Assembly: GCA_030390025.1 (NCBI GenBank)
Contig: CM059431.1
Coordinates: 152,708,001-152,772,000, forward strand
Direction: 5' to 3'
Length of the DNA stretch: 64,000 nucleotides
Source of the DNA: Squalus acanthias
Lineage: Eukaryota
Shown: piece by piece, positions 24,273 to 38,378 of the stretch
How positions within the stretch are numbered: position 1 is the first letter of the stretch
How the letters are laid out: each line of letters opens with the position of its first letter
Position numbers and translations under genes: made by a program
The notes under the pieces: model-generated
Databases searched by the model: none
Seen by the model: the letters and a program-made list of their open reading frames with translations, nothing else
Told to the model about the DNA's origin: nothing

Positions 24273-25670
24273 GAGACCGGAAGGAGTGGACGTGGAGCGA
24301 GTACAGCGAGAGCGGAGCAGTTATAAAGAGCGGCAGCAACTCAACAGAGGCAGCATTTGAAAAAGTGACGTCAGAGTAAAAAATGTGACATCGGCAAAAG
24401 GGAAAGAGCTGATTGGTGAGTAGCTGGTAGGTGTATATTTTAAGTTCATAAGTTTATTTCTGCCAAGTTAGTTCATAGCCTATTAAATAGAGGGAAAGAG
24501 CTGATTGGTGAGTAGCTGGGGAGTGTTTTTTGTTATTTTTAATTTTATTTCTGCTGGGTTCTGCTGGGTTAGTTCTGAGTCTATTCAATAGAGGCAATGG
24601 GTGGAGCTGAGTCCCGTGGAGTTCACATCATGTGCCATGTGGGAAGCCCTGGATGCTTCAGCGTAGCCTGGACGACCACATGCGCAGGAAGTGTCGCCAG
24701 CTACAGCTACTCGCGCTCCGGGTTTTGGAGCTTGAGCGGTGGCTGGAGTCACTGTGGTACATCCACGAAGCTGAGAGTTATGTGGATGGCATATTTCTAG
24801 AGGTGGTCACCCCGCAGCTTAAGAGTATGTAGGCAGAGAGGGAATGGGTGACCGCAGACTGAACAGGAGGACCAGGCAGATAGTGCTGGATTCTCTGGAG
24901 TGCACCGCGCTCTTCAACCAGTATTCTGTTCTGAGTACTGGTGAGGGCGATGGTTCCTCTGGGGAGTGCAGCCAGAGTCAAGTCCACTGCACCACGGGTG
25001 GCTCAGCTGCACAGAGGGCAGTAATAACAATGGGAGAGCAATAGTCGCAGTGGATTCAATTAATAGGGGAGCAGACAGGCTTTCCTGTGGCCTTTGACGT
25101 TACTCCAGGATGGTATGTTGCCTCCCTGGTGCCATGGTCAAGAATGTCACTGGGCGGCTGCAGGACACTCTGAAGGGGCAGGGTGAACAGCCAGAGGTCG
25201 TTGTCCATATCGCAACCAACGACACAGGCAGAAAGAGGGATCTCGCAAGGAGGTTTGTTCGTGCTGTTGGGGAGGGTTTAAATTAACCTGGCAGGGGATG
25301 TGCACCAGCATATAGGAGTAGAAAAAAGGAATAAGGTGCATAAAAGAGTGAGTGTGTTGGATAGTCTAGATAAAACAGTATTAGAGGCGGTAGTAGTACT
25401 ATATTAGATAGGAGCAGACAAAGAAAGACTACGAAAAATTCAAAAATGTGTTTAATATGCATGTACGTAAAAGCAACAAAGTTTGGTGAATAAGGTTGGT
25501 GATCTTCAAGCAGAATCAGCTGTGTGGCAATATGATGTGGTGGCAATAATGGAAACGTGGCTTAATAACGGTGAGGACTGGGCACTTAATATTCAAGGGT
25601 ACAAGGTGTTCAGAAAAGATAGGGAAGGAAAAAAGGGAGGTGGGTGGCAGTGCTGATTACGGACGACAAT

Positions 25671-26390
25671 GGCCTGGATATTCCGATGCCTGCGGGTGGG
25701 TACGTGCTGTGTACCCACCCGCAGGGACATCAGAAATGCCGGTTCAGGCATGCACAGTGAATGCGCTGAAAACCGGAGTTTCCGATCTGTCAAGAATGCT
25801 CTTGACAGATTGGATGTTTGCCCCAGAGAAGGGCCTCTGCAGCCGGATAGTTGCGCTTTCTGGAGACCCTACGCCCGCAGAAAACCCTTAGAATTCTTAC
25901 GCCTGGTAAAAGCAGGCGTCAGGGCTGATTTAACCAGAATAAGAGTTGAAAAAAGTAAAAAAAAAGAAATTCAGTCATTCATCATTTAAAAATACTTTAA
26001 AGTAAGGTAAATTTATTTTTCGCCCCGTAAAAATCTTTAACTATATTTTTCAAAAAATTAAATTTATTGTAATTTCAGCCAATTTAAAAAGATGATTTTT
26101 AAAACAATGTATTTAAAGTTTTACTATGTTTTTTCATTGATCTCCATTCATATATCTGACAGGTCTATCTGTCAAGTGTATGAAGGGTGATTCCCTTCTT
26201 CTATTGGCTGGCCTGGCCCACGTGATGCCACAGATGTGCCTCTGGGATACATAACACCCTGCGCACTTGTAGTTTGGAGAGGCCCAGGATCGGAAGTGTA
26301 GGCGCCCCGTGAGCCCTCAGGTAAGATCGTAGATTTTTCCAGATCGGAGGCCTCCGCATGCAAGAGGTTTCCGATCGGGAAATACAGCCC
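25671..26390. mobile_element. Harbinger/PIF-like MITE (MITE-3, 720 bp)
   Basis: Imperfect TIR ggcctggatattccgat / gggctgtatttcccgat, flanked by aat/att; interrupts CR1 EN coding sequence; internal motifs shared with MITE-1 and MITE-2. Confidence 0.8.
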
Positions 26391-27819
26391 ATTGTAGTGT
26401 TTGCAAGGGAGGATGCTCTTGAGGGGACAAGGACAAAATCCATTTGGTTGCAGTTGAGGAGCAAAAAGGCTATGATCACGCAATTGGAGCTATTCTATAG
26501 GCCTCCAAATAGTGAGAGGGAGGTAGAGGAGTAATTCTGCAGGGAAATCGCAGAGATATGCAAGAGCTATAGAGTGGTGATATTGGAGAAATGTAATTAC
26601 CCAAATATAAATTGGGATAATGCTCGGTTAAAGGGAAAGGAGGGGGAGGAATTTCTGAAATGTGTTCAGCAGAGTTTCATTGACCAATATGTTCTTGGCC
26701 CAACTAGGAAGGGGACAATGCTGGATCTGGTGCTGTGGAATGAGGTGGGACACTTCGATCAAGTGTCTGTGGGAGAACACTTGGGTCCGAGTAATCATGG
26801 TATCATAAGATTTAGATTAGCAATGGAGAGGAGCCAGGAACAATCTGGAGTCGAACATCTAAACTGAAATAGGGCTAACTTCAATAGGATGCGAAAGGAT
26901 CTAGCCAGGGTAAAATGGAACCAAAGACTGACAGGAAAAACTGTAATAGAACAATGGGTGATCTTTAAGGAGATGTTCCAATAGGATAGGTACATTCCAA
27001 CAAGAGGGAAGGGTAAGGAAACCAATGCAAGGGCTCCTTGGATGACGAGGGAGATAGAGAAGATGATGAAACAAAAAAAGAGGGTGTATGATGCATGTCA
27101 GGTGAATTCTTCAAGGAAGAACCAGACCAAATACAATAAGTTGAGAGGGGATGTGAAGATGAAAATAAGATTGGCAAATAGAGAATATGAGATTAGAATG
27201 GCGGTTAACATAAAAGGAAACTCAGAAATCTTCTCCCTGCATGTAAACAGTAAGCGGGTAGTAAGAGGCGGGGTGGAGCCTATTCGGGACAAAGAAGGTG
27301 ATCGATGCTTAGAGGCGCAGGCCAAGGGAAGACAAACGAGTACTTTGTATCGGTGTTTACTGAGGATATGGATGCTGAAAAAATATCAGTAGAAGTTTAA
27401 AAGGTAGAAGCAATGGAAGGGGAAGAAAATTGATAGACAGGATTTACTAGAAAGGCTGGGAATGCTGAGAGTGGACAAGTCATCTGCTCCAGATGGCTTG
27501 CATCCCAGGTTGCTAAGGGAATTTGGAGAGGTGATAGCGGAAGGGCTTGCCATAATTTTCCAATCTTCCCCAGATACGGGGGAGGTGGCTGAGGATAGGA
27601 AAGTGGAAAATGTGACACCATTGTTCAATGAAAGGGTGTAAGGACAATTCTAATAACTACAGGCCGGTCAGTTTAACTTCAGTGGTGGGTAAAAATTTTA
27701 GAAACAATAATCAAGGAAAAAAATAACGAGCATTTGGAGAGGTTTAAGCTAATTATGGAGAGACAACACAGGTTTGTAAAAGGAAGTTCAGTGGCAGCTT
27801 GGATAAGGAAGTGGCTTAA

Positions 27820-30800
27820 TAGAAATTAAGAAAAATAGAAAAATAGGAGCAGGAGTAGGCCATTCGGCCCTTCGAGCCTGCTCTTCCATTCAATATGATC
27901 ATGGCTGATCCTTTATCACAATACCATATTCCCGCTCTCTCCCATACCCCTTGATGCCTTTTGTGTCTAAAAATCTATCTATATCCTTCTTCAATATATT
28001 CAGTGACTTGGCCTCGAAAGCCTTCTGTGGTAGAGAATTCCATATCTTCACCAGCCTCTGAGCGAAGAAATTTCTCCTAATCTCAGTCCTAAATGTCCTG
28101 CCCCGTATCCTGAGACTGTGACCCCTCATTCCAGTCATCCCAAACAGGGGAAACATCCTCCCTGTATCCAGTCTGACAAGCCCTATCAAAATTGTATACG
28201 TTTCAATGACGCCCCTCTCATTTTTCTAAACTCAAGTGAATACGGGCCTAGTCGACCCAATCACTCCTCATACGACAGTCCACCCATCCCAGGAATCAGA
28301 CTGGTGGACCATCGCTGCACTCTCTCTATGGCAAGTATATCCTTTCTTAGGTAAGCAGACCTTAATTGCACACAGCACTCCAGGTGTGGTCTCACCAAGG
28401 CCCTGTATAACTTTAGTAACACATCCTTGCTCCTGTACTCAAATCCTCTTGCAATGAAGGCCAACGCACCATTTGCCTTCCTAACTGCTTGCTGCACCTG
28501 CATGTTTGCTTTCAGTGATTGGTGTACAAGGACAGCCAGGTCCCTCTGCACATCAACATTTCCCAATCTATCAGCATTTAAATAATACTCTGCCTTTCTG
28601 TTTTTCCTACCGAGGTGGATAACTTCACATTTATCCACGTTATACTGCATCTGCCATTCACTCAACTTGTCTAAATCACCTTGAAGCCTCTTTGCATCCT
28701 CCTCACAACTCACAATCCCCCTTTAGTTTCGTGTCGTCAGCATACTTGGAAATATTACATTTGGTTCCCTCATCCAAATCATTGATAAATATTGTGAATA
28801 GTTAGGACCCAAGCACTGATCCCTGCGGTACCCCACTAGTCACCGCCTGCCACCCCAAAAAAAACACATTTATTCCTGCTCTCTGTTTCCTGGCTGTTAA
28901 CCAATTTTCAATCCATGCCAGTATATTACCCCCAACCTCATGTGCTTTAATATTGCACACTAACCTCTTATGTGGGACTTTATCAAAGTCCTTCTGAAAA
29001 TCCAAATACACCACATCCACTGCTCTCCCTTATCTATTCTACCAGTTACATCCTCAAAAAAACTCCAGTAGGTTTGTCAAACACGATTTCCCTTTCATAA
29101 ATCCAAACTTTTTTTGTAATCCCGTTGATATTTTCCAAGTTTCCTATTATCACATCCTTTATAATAGACTCTAGCATTTTCACTACTACTAATGTTAGGC
29201 TAACTGATCTGTAGTTCCCTGTTTTCTCTCTCACTCCCTTTTTAAATAATGTGGTTATATTTGCCATCCTCCAATCTTCAGAAACTGTTCCATAATCTAT
29301 AGAATTTTGGAAGATAACAACCAATGCATCCACTATTTCCATGGCTATCTCTTTCAGTACTCTGTGATGCAGATTATCGGCTTTCAGTCACATTAATTCC
29401 TCCAGCACTATTTTTTTACTAATACTAAATTCCTTTATATACTCCTTTTCACTAGACCCTTGGTTCTCTAGCATTTCTGGGAAGTTATTTTTGTCCTCTT
29501 CCGTGAAGACAGAACCAAAGTATTTGTTTAATTGCTCACCATTTCCTTGTTCCCCATTATAAATTCTCCAGTGTCTGAATGTAACGGACCTACACTTGTC
29601 TTCACTCATCTTTTAGTTTTTACATACTTGTAGAAGCGTTTACAGTCTGCTTTTATGTTCCTTGCAAGTTTACTCTCATACTCTATTTTTCCCCTCTTTA
29701 TCACTCTCTTGTTTTATTTTGCTGAACTCTAAACTGCTCCCAATCCTCAGGATTGCTACTTTTTCTGGCAACGTTTTATGACTCCCCGTTGGATCTAATA
29801 CTGTATTTAATTTATTTTGTTAGCCATGTTTGGGCTGCTTTTTGTTTTGTGTTTTGCGCCAGCAAGGAATGTCTCACTGTTGCAATTCATGCATTTGTTC
29901 CTTAAATGTTAGCCACTGCTTATCGACCATCATGCCTTTTAATGAAGCTCCCCAATCTATCATAGCCAAATCACTCCTCATACCTTCGTAGTTTCCTTTG
30001 TTTAGAGTTAGGACCTTAGTTTCGGATTGGAATTCTTCACATTCCATCTAATTGAAGAATTACTCATGTTATGGTCACTCTTCCCTAAAGGACCCTGCAC
30101 AACACGATTATTAATTAACCCCTTCTCCTTGCACATTACCCAATCTAGGATAGCCTGTTACCTAGTTGGCTCCTCAACGTACTGATCTAAAAAGACATCT
30201 CGTACACACTCCAGGAATTCATCCTCCACAGTATTATTGCTAATTTGGTTTGGCCAGTCTATATGTAGATTAAAGTCACCCATGATTACTGTAGTACCCT
30301 TTTTACTTGCATCTATAATTTCCTGTTTAATCCCATCCCCTACAACACCACTACTCTTTGGAGGCCTATAGACAACTCCCACCAATGTTTTCTGCCCTTT
30401 ACTGCTTCGTAGCTCCACCCAGACTGATTCTACATCTTGATTTTCTGAGCCAATATCTTTTATCACTATTGCTCTGATTACATCCTTTAATAACAAAGCC
30501 ACCCACCTCTTTTCCTGTTTGCCTTTTCTTCCTTACTATCGAATATCCTTGGATATTCAGCTCCCAACCTTGGTCACCCTGCAGCCAGGTCTCCGTAATC
30601 GCAATGATATCGTATCCATTTACATTAATTTGCGCTGTCAATTTATCTACCTTATCACGAATGCTTCGTGCATTCAGATACAGTGCCTTTAGATTTGTCT
30701 TTTTAACATTTTTAGACATCTTAAACATTTTTTTTACTGTGTCCCTATTTGTCTTATTCCCATTTTTTCTTACCCGGACCCTATTTTTTAGTGCACTACG

Positions 30801-30935
30801 TTGTTTCTACGCTCTGTCCCTTCCTGACACAATCTGGTTATCCTTACCCCAATCACTTTCCTGCACTGATTTCTTGTCTTTTCTCTTTAGCATTCTAGAT
30901 TTCTCTCCACCGGGACCGCCCCCCCCCCCCCCTGT
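27820..30935 (-). mobile_element. CR1 ORF2-length insertion (antisense, nested)
   Basis: LYLNARSIR, YRPP, GDFN, YLDFQK, GVPQGSVLG remnants; 3' tail at ~27830; ttaa at both junctions. Confidence 0.9.
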
Positions 30936-32049
30936 TTAAGGACAATAAACAGCGAGTTGTGGTCAATGGATATTTTACAGTCTGCGGGATGATAGACAGT
31001 GGTGTTCCCCAATGGTCGGTGCTGGGGCCACTGCATTTTCGATATATATAAATGACCTGGTTATTGGAATAGAGAGTAGAACTTCTAAATTTCCGATGAC
31101 ACCAAGCTTGGGGGTATGGCAAGCATTGATGATGATATCAATCAACTGCAGCAGGCTATGGAAAAGCTGGCAGAATGGACAGCCAAGTGGCAGATGAAAT
31201 GTAATACAGAGAAGTGTGAGGTGATGCATTTTTTGACACAAGCAACAGGGAGAGGCAATATACTTATAATGACACATTTTTAAAGAGTGTGCAGGGACAG
31301 AGGGTCCTGGGAGTTAATGTGCATAGGTCCCTGAAGTTTGCAGGACATAATGAGAGAGTGGTTAACAAAGCATATGGGACCTTGGGCTTCATAAGTAGTG
31401 GTATTGTGTACAAAGCGAGAGATGTTATGCTGACACTTTATAGAGCGCTGGTTAGGCCACAACTGGAATATTGCGTCCATGTCTGGTTACCACACTTTAG
31501 GAAGCCTGAATTTCACTTGAGAGGGTGCAGCGGAGTTTTACCAGAATGGTTCCGGGGATGGAGGAATCTTAGCTACAAGGACATGTTGGAGAAGATGGAT
31601 TTGTTTACATTAGAGCAAAGGAGGTTGAGGGGTGATTTGATAGAGATGTACAAGATAATGATGGGTGTGGATAGACTGGTGGGGAAAAGGCTGTTCCCAC
31701 TAGTTGATAGTACAAGGACTAGGGGACACAGATTTCAAGCTTTGGGCAAGAGATACAGGGGTGATGTGAGGAAAAAAATGTACACAGCGAATGGTGATGA
31801 CCTGGAATTCGCTGCCGACGAAAGTGGTGGAAGCGGAGACACTCAATGTTTTCAAGGGGAGACTGGATAGGCACTTGAGGGAAATGATTTTGCAGGGCTA
31901 CAGGGATAAGCGGGGGACTGGGACTGACTGGATTGCTCTACAGAGAGCCGGCACGGACTCTTTGGCCCAATGTCCTCCTTATGTGCCGTTATGACTCTGT
32001 GAGTCTATAAACAACATTAGGGCTCATCGAATTGCTTGTATTTTACTTT

Positions 32050-33082
32050 CATGGATTGAGAATTGGTTAACTGACAGAAAACAGAGAGTAGGAATAAACG
32101 GGTTGGCAGTCTGCAACTGGTGGCGTACCGCAAGGATCAGTGCTTGTGCCTCAGCAATTCACAATCTATTTCAATGATTTTGATGATGGGACCCAATGTA
32201 ATATATCCAGATTTGCTGATGATACAAAGCTGGGTGATTGTAAGTTGGAAGGACAATGCAAGAAGGCTTCAAGGGGATATAGACAGGCTAAGTGAATTAG
32301 CAAGAACATGGCAATTGGAATATAATGATGAGAAATATGAAGTTATCCACATTGGGAGGAAAAAAAGAAAATCAGAGAATTTTTTTAAATTGTAAGGGAT
32401 TGGAAAATGTTGGTGTTCAGAGGGAACGGGCTGTCCTTGTACAAGAATCAATGTAAGTTAACAAGCAGGTACAGTAAGCAATTTGGATAGCAAATGGTAT
32501 GTTGAACTATATTACAAAACGTTTTGAGTATAAGTGTAAAGAAGTCTTACTGCAATTATATAGGGCCCTGGTGAGACCAAACCTGGAGTATTGTGTACAG
32601 TTTTGTTCTCCTTACCTAAGGAAGGATATATTTACCATAGAGGGAGCGCAACGAAGATTCACGAGAATGGTTCAGAGGATGGGGGGATTGTCCTATGCGG
32701 TGAGATTGAGTTGACTAGGTCTATATTCTCTAGAGTTTAGAAGAATGAGAGGTGATCTCATTGAAACATACAAAATTCTTACAGGACTTGACAGGGTAGA
32801 TGCAGCGAGGATGTTTCCCCTGGCTGGGGAGTCTAGAACCAGAGGTCAAAGTCTCAGAATAAAGGGTCGACCATTTAGGCCTGAGATGAGGAGATATTTT
32901 TTCACTCAGAGGATGGTGAACCTTTGGAATTGGATTGGGCTGTGGAGGCTCAGTCTTTCAGTCTATTCAAGACAGAGATCGATAGACTCTGAATATTAAT
33001 GGATCAAGGGATATGGGGATAGTGCAGGAAAGTGCAGATGAGGTACAAGATCAGCCATGATCTTATTGAATGGCGGAACTTA
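32050..33082 (+). mobile_element. CR1 3' fragment
   Basis: FADDTKL, RPNLEYCVQF, RGDLIETYK remnants. Confidence 0.85.
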
Positions 33083-33084
33083 TG

Positions 33085-36000
33085 ATAGAGTAGATTCACC
33101 ACCAGTAATGTTACATTAGCGTCACCACCAGTAATGTTAGAATAGGGTCACCACCAGTAATGTTAGAGTAGTCTCACCACCAGTAATGTTATTGTAGAGT
33201 CACCACCAGTAATGTTATAGTAGGGACCCCACCAGTAATGTTAGAGTAGGGTCACCACCAGTAAAGTTATTGTACAGTCACCACCAGTAATGTTATAGTA
33301 GGGACCCCACCAGTAATGTTAGAGTAGAGTCACCACCAGTAATGTTAGAGTAGGGACCCCACCAGTAATGTTAGAGTTGGGTCACCACAAGTAATGTTAG
33401 AGTAGAGACACCACGAGTAATGTTAGAGTAGGGTCACCACCAGCAATGTTAGAGTAGGGTCACCACCAGTAATGTTAGTGTAGATCACTACGAGTAATGT
33501 TATAGCAGAGCCACCACCAGTAATGTTAGAGTAGGGTCACCACAATTAATGTTAGTGTAGGTCACTACCAGTAATGTTAGAGTCAAGTCACCACCAGTAA
33601 TGTTAAATTAGATTCACCAACAGTAATGTTAGAGTAAATTCACTCCCAGTAATGTTAGAGTTGAGTGACTACCATTAATGTTAGAGTAGGGTCACCACAA
33701 ATAATGTTAGAGTAGGATCACCACCAGTAATGTTAGAGTAGAGTCACCTCCAATAATGTAGAGTAGAGTCACCACCAGTAATATCAGAGTAGAGTCACCA
33801 CCAGTAATGTGAGAGTAGTGTCACCACCAGTAATGTTAGAGAAGGGTCACTACCAGTAATGTTAGAGTATTGTTACCAACAGCATGGTAAGAATCGAGTC
33901 ACCACCAGTAATGTTCATGTAGAGATACAACAGCTAATGTTAGAGTATGGTGACACGCTTTAAAATTATAGTAGGATCAACATCAGTAATTTTAGAGTAG
34001 AGTCACAACCAGAAATGTCACAGTAGCGTCATCTCAAGTAATGCTAGTGTAGATTCACAAACATAAGTTAGATTAAGGTCACCAACGGTAATGATGTAGT
34101 TTGATCATCAACAGTAATGATATAGTTTGATCACCAACTGTAATGATATAGTTTGGTCACCAACTGTAATGATATAGTTTGGTCACCAACTGTAATGATA
34201 TAGTTTGGTCACCAACAGTAATGATATAGTTTGGTCACCAACTGTAGTGATATAGTAGATTCATCACCATTAATGTTAGAGTGGAATCACCACCAGTAAT
34301 GTTATAGTGTGGGCATCAACAATTCTCTTAGAGTTTGGCCACCATCAGTAATGTTAGGGTGGAATCTACTTCAGGAATATTAGATTACAGTCAGAAACAA
34401 CAATTATAGTGCAGAGTCACAATCATTAATGTTAGAGTACAGTCGCAATCATTAATGTTATTCTAGGGGCACAACCAGTAAGGTTAGAGTAGGGTCACCA
34501 AAGTAATGTTGGAGCAGGGTCATCACCATTATTGTTAGTGTAGAGTCAGAAACAGTTATGTTAGAGTGGGTTCACTGCCAGTAATCTAAGAGTGGGGACA
34601 CCACCAGTAATGTTAGAGTAGAGTCAACAACAGTAATGTTGGAATAGGATCATCACAAGTATAATTAGTGTACAGTCACAAACAGCAATGTTAGAGTAGG
34701 GTCACAGTCAGTAATGTTACAATAGAGTCACAAATATTAATGATATAGTACAGGCACCACACGTAATGTTAGAATAGCTTCACCAACAGTAAGGTTAGAG
34801 TAGAGTCACCACCAGGATAATTAGAGTAGAGTCACCGTAGGTAATGTTAGAGTAGATTCACCACCAGTATTTTTAGATTAGCGTCACCAAAAGCAATGTT
34901 AGAGTAGGATCACCACCAGTAATGTTAGAGTAGAGTCATCAGTAGTAACGATAGAGTAGATTCAACAGCAGTAATGTTAGAGTAGTGACACCACGAGTTA
35001 TCTTAGAGTCGGGTCACCACCGGTAATGTAACATTAGATTCACCACCAGCAATGTTAGATTCGCGTCACCAAAAATAATGTTAGAGTAGGATCACCAACA
35101 TTAATGGTAGAGTAGATTCACAAACAACAGTTTTAGATTTGTGTCACCACCAGTAATGTTCGTGTAGATTCACCACCAGTAATGATAGAGTAGAGTCAAC
35201 ACCAGTAATGTTACAGTATGATCACCACCAATAATGAAACAACAATTTAGAATAGAGTCACCACCAGTATTGGTCTCTTCTTCTCTTCTTAGGCAGTCCC
35301 TCGGAACCGAGGATGACTTGCTTCCACACTAAAAATGAGTTCTCAGGTGACTGATGAGTCCAATGCGGGACCTACAGTCTCTGTCACAGGTGGGGCAGAC
35401 GGTGGTAAAAGGGGCGGGTGGGTGAGGTGCTTGAGTTGACGTGCGCCCCTTCCGCTGTTTGCGCTTGGCTTCCGCTTGCTCCCGGCGAAGAGACTCGAGG
35501 TATTTGGCGCCTTCCCGATGCTTCTCCTCCACTTTGTGCCGTCTTGGCCAGCGAATCCCAGGTGTCGGCGGGGATGTTGCACATTTTCAAGGAGGCTTTG
35601 AGGGTCTCCTTGAAGCGTTTCCTCTGCCCACCTGGGGCTCTCTTATGCCGTGTCGAAGCTCCGAGTAGAGTGCTTGTTTTGGGAGTCTCGTATCGGGCAT
35701 GCGGACGATGTGACCCAACCATCGGAGCTGATCGAAAGTGGTCAAAGCTTCGATGCTGGGGATGTTGGCCTGAGCGAGAACACTGGCGTTGGTGCGCCTA
35801 TCGTGCCAATGGATTTGCAGGATTTTGCGGAGGCAGAGTTGGTGGTATCTCTCCAGTGATTTGAGGTGCCTGCTGTACATGGTCCATGACTCTGAAGCAT
35901 TCAGGAGGGCGGGTATCACTACTGCTCTGTCGACCATGAGCTTGGTGCTGGGTTTGAGGCCCTGGTCTTCAAACACTCTCTTCCTCAGGCGACCGAAGGC

Positions 36001-37925
36001 TGCACTGGCACACTGAAGGCGGTGTTGGTCTTTGACATTGACGACTACCCTTGTTGACAGTACGCTCCCGAGGTATGGAAAGTGGTCCACGTTGTCCAAG
36101 GGCTCGTCATGGATTTTGATAATCATGGAGCAGTACTGTGTGGTGGGGGCAAGTTGGTAGACGACCTTTGTCTTACGGATGTTTAGTGTGAGGCCCATGC
36201 TCTCGTACGCTTCGATGAAGGTGTTGACGGTTTGGAATTCGGCCTCAGAGTGTGCGCAGAAGCAAGCGTCGTCTGCATACTGTAATTCGATGACAGAGGA
36301 TGTGACGACCTTGGATCTGCACTGGAGGCGACGGAGTAATTTAGAGTAGAGTCACCACCAGTATTGGTAATGTAGGGTTACAATCTCTAATGTTAGAGTA
36401 GAGACACAAACAGAAATGTTAGATTAGAGTCACCACCAGTTTTGTTAGAATAGGGTCACCACCAGTAATCTTTGAGGAGGTTCACCACCAGTAATGTTAG
36501 AGTAGGTCACCACCATTAGAGTATGGTCATCACAGGTAATTGTCCAGTAGGCTCACAACTATTAAAATTAGTGTAGGGTCAACACCAACAATGTTAGAGT
36601 AGAGTCACCACCAGTAATTTTAGAGTAGAGTTACCACCAGTAATGTTAGAGTAGGGTCAACACCAGTAATGTTAGAGTAGGGTCTTCACAGGTAATGTTA
36701 ATGTAGTGTCACCATCAGTAATGTCAGAGAAGGATCATCACCAGTAATGTTATCATAAGATCACCACCAGTAATATTAGAGTGTTAGAGTAATGCAACAA
36801 CAAATAATGTTAGACAAGGGTCACGATACGTTACGTTAGATTAGTATTACCCCCAGTAATGTTAAAGTAGGATAACCACCAGTAATGTTAGAGAAGAGGC
36901 ACCACAATTAATGATAGAGCAGATTCAATGCGAGTCATGTTAGAGTAGAATCACCACCAGTAATGATTTAGCAGGATTATCATCAATAATATTGGAGTAT
37001 GAACACCACCAGTAATGTTAGAGTAGGATCACCACCAGTAATGTTAGAGTAGGGTCACCACCATTAATGTTCGTGTAGGGTCACCACCAGTAATGTTAGC
37101 GTAGGATCACCACCAGTAATGTTATGTTAAGGTTATCACCATGTAATATTGGAGTAGGATCACCACCCGTAATGTTAGAGTAGTGTCACCATCAGTAATG
37201 TTGGAGTATAGTCATCCACAGTAATGTTAGGTGAAGGGGTAGCACGTCTTAGGTTACAGTAGGGGCACTACCAGTAATGAAAGTGTAGGGGCACCACCAG
37301 TAATGCTAGAGTAGTGTCACCTCCAGAAATGTTAGACTAGGGTCACCACCAGTAATGTTAGAGTAGAGTCACCACCAGCAATGTTAGACTAGGGTCACCA
37401 CCAGTAATGTTAGAGTAGAGTCACCACCAGCAATGTTAGACTAGTGTCACCACCAGTAATGTTAGAGTAGGGTCACCACCAGTACTGTTAGGGTAGGATC
37501 ACCACCAGTAATGTTAGAAACAACTCACCATCAGCAATGTTAGACTAGGGCCACCACCAGTAATGTTAAAGTAGAGTCACCACCAGTAATGTTGGAGTAG
37601 AGTCACCACCAGTAATGTTGGAGTAGGGTCACCACCAGTAATGTTAGAGTAGGGTGAACCGCAGTAATGTTAGAGTAGAGTCACCACCAGCAATGTTAGA
37701 GTAGAGTCACCACCAGCAATGTTAGAGTAGGGTCACCACTAGTAATGTTAGAGTGAAGTCACCACCTGTAATGTTAGAGTAGGGTGACCACCAGTAATGT
37801 TAGAGCAGAGTCACCACCAGTAATGTCAGAGTAGAATCACCACCAGTAATGTTAGAGTAAAGTCACCACCAGTAATGTTAGAGCAGAGACATCAACAGTA
37901 ATGTTACAGTAGGTTCTACAACAGT
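33085..37925 (+). repeat. 26-bp satellite (CACCACCAGTAATGTTAGAGTAGGGT)n
   Basis: Period 26 read directly (e.g. 33121 to 33147); ~3.8 kb excluding the RTE insertion. Confidence 0.97.
35275..36337 (-). mobile_element. 5'-truncated RTE-clade LINE with 31-bp TSD
   Basis: QYADD, GLTLNIRKTKV, FPYLGS, QLRWLGHIVRMPDTRLPK, C-terminal CPTC..HLRTH; TSD 35244-35274 / 36338-36368 (1 mismatch). Confidence 0.92.
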
Positions 37926-38226
37926 GAAGTTGAAGCGCTTATTATGTAATGATGAGAGAATTTTTCACCAAATAACGTGGGCCCAAGAAGCTAACACAGG
38001 GATTTGGAGAGATGTTCCATTTAGGGTTCACTCGGCTGGCGTCGAGCGCATTCCCACTGGGATTAACTCCCTTTCATTGATTTTAATGGACGGTGTTTCA
38101 TGGACTGAACTTTTCAATTGTAGCCCGGGTGCACTGAAGCGGAAAATCGCCCTTTGTTTGTTAAGTGACTGTAACTAAGATCTGTTATTGTGTAACCTGA
38201 TTTGCTCACCAGGGCACGGATTGTTC

Positions 38227-38232
38227 TATAAA
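38227..38232 (+). promoter_or_regulatory. TATA box of paralog B
   Basis: TATAAAG ~80 nt upstream of ATG 38309. Confidence 0.6.
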
Positions 38233-38308
38233 GAGGGAGCATTTAAGGATCTCAGATACACGCAGTCGGAACCGTAAAGCAGGACAGAAGTCACACAGCC
38301 TTCTGAAA

Positions 38309-38378
38309 ATGGCACGGCCAATAATTCTACAGATAAAGGACATATACTATCATTTTCTCGTGGTCTTTGGTGTTCTCG
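38309..38378 (+). CDS. GPR139-like paralog B, exon 1 (MARPIILQIKDIYYHFLVVFGVL)
   Basis: ATG 38309, donor G|gtaagt at 38379. Confidence 0.85.

Larger units (their letters stand above)
24275..32010 (+). mobile_element. Degenerate near full-length CR1 interrupted by MITE-3 and an antisense CR1
   Basis: 5' UTR, ORF1 remnants, EN, RT; the WIRKWL|KDNKQRVVVNG reading is split between ~27819 and ~30936. Confidence 0.85.

Noticed and set aside
30934..30940. Fifth slippery heptamer at the 5' end of the nested antisense CR1
   Set aside because: Reads CTTAAAC and the TTAA belongs to the host-element junction, so it cannot be counted as evidence
33085..37925. CRISPR-like array or telomeric repeat
   Set aside because: Contiguous 26-bp tandem units with no unique spacers and no cas genes, in eukaryotic context; TAGGGT occurs only as part of the monomer, not as (TTAGGG)n
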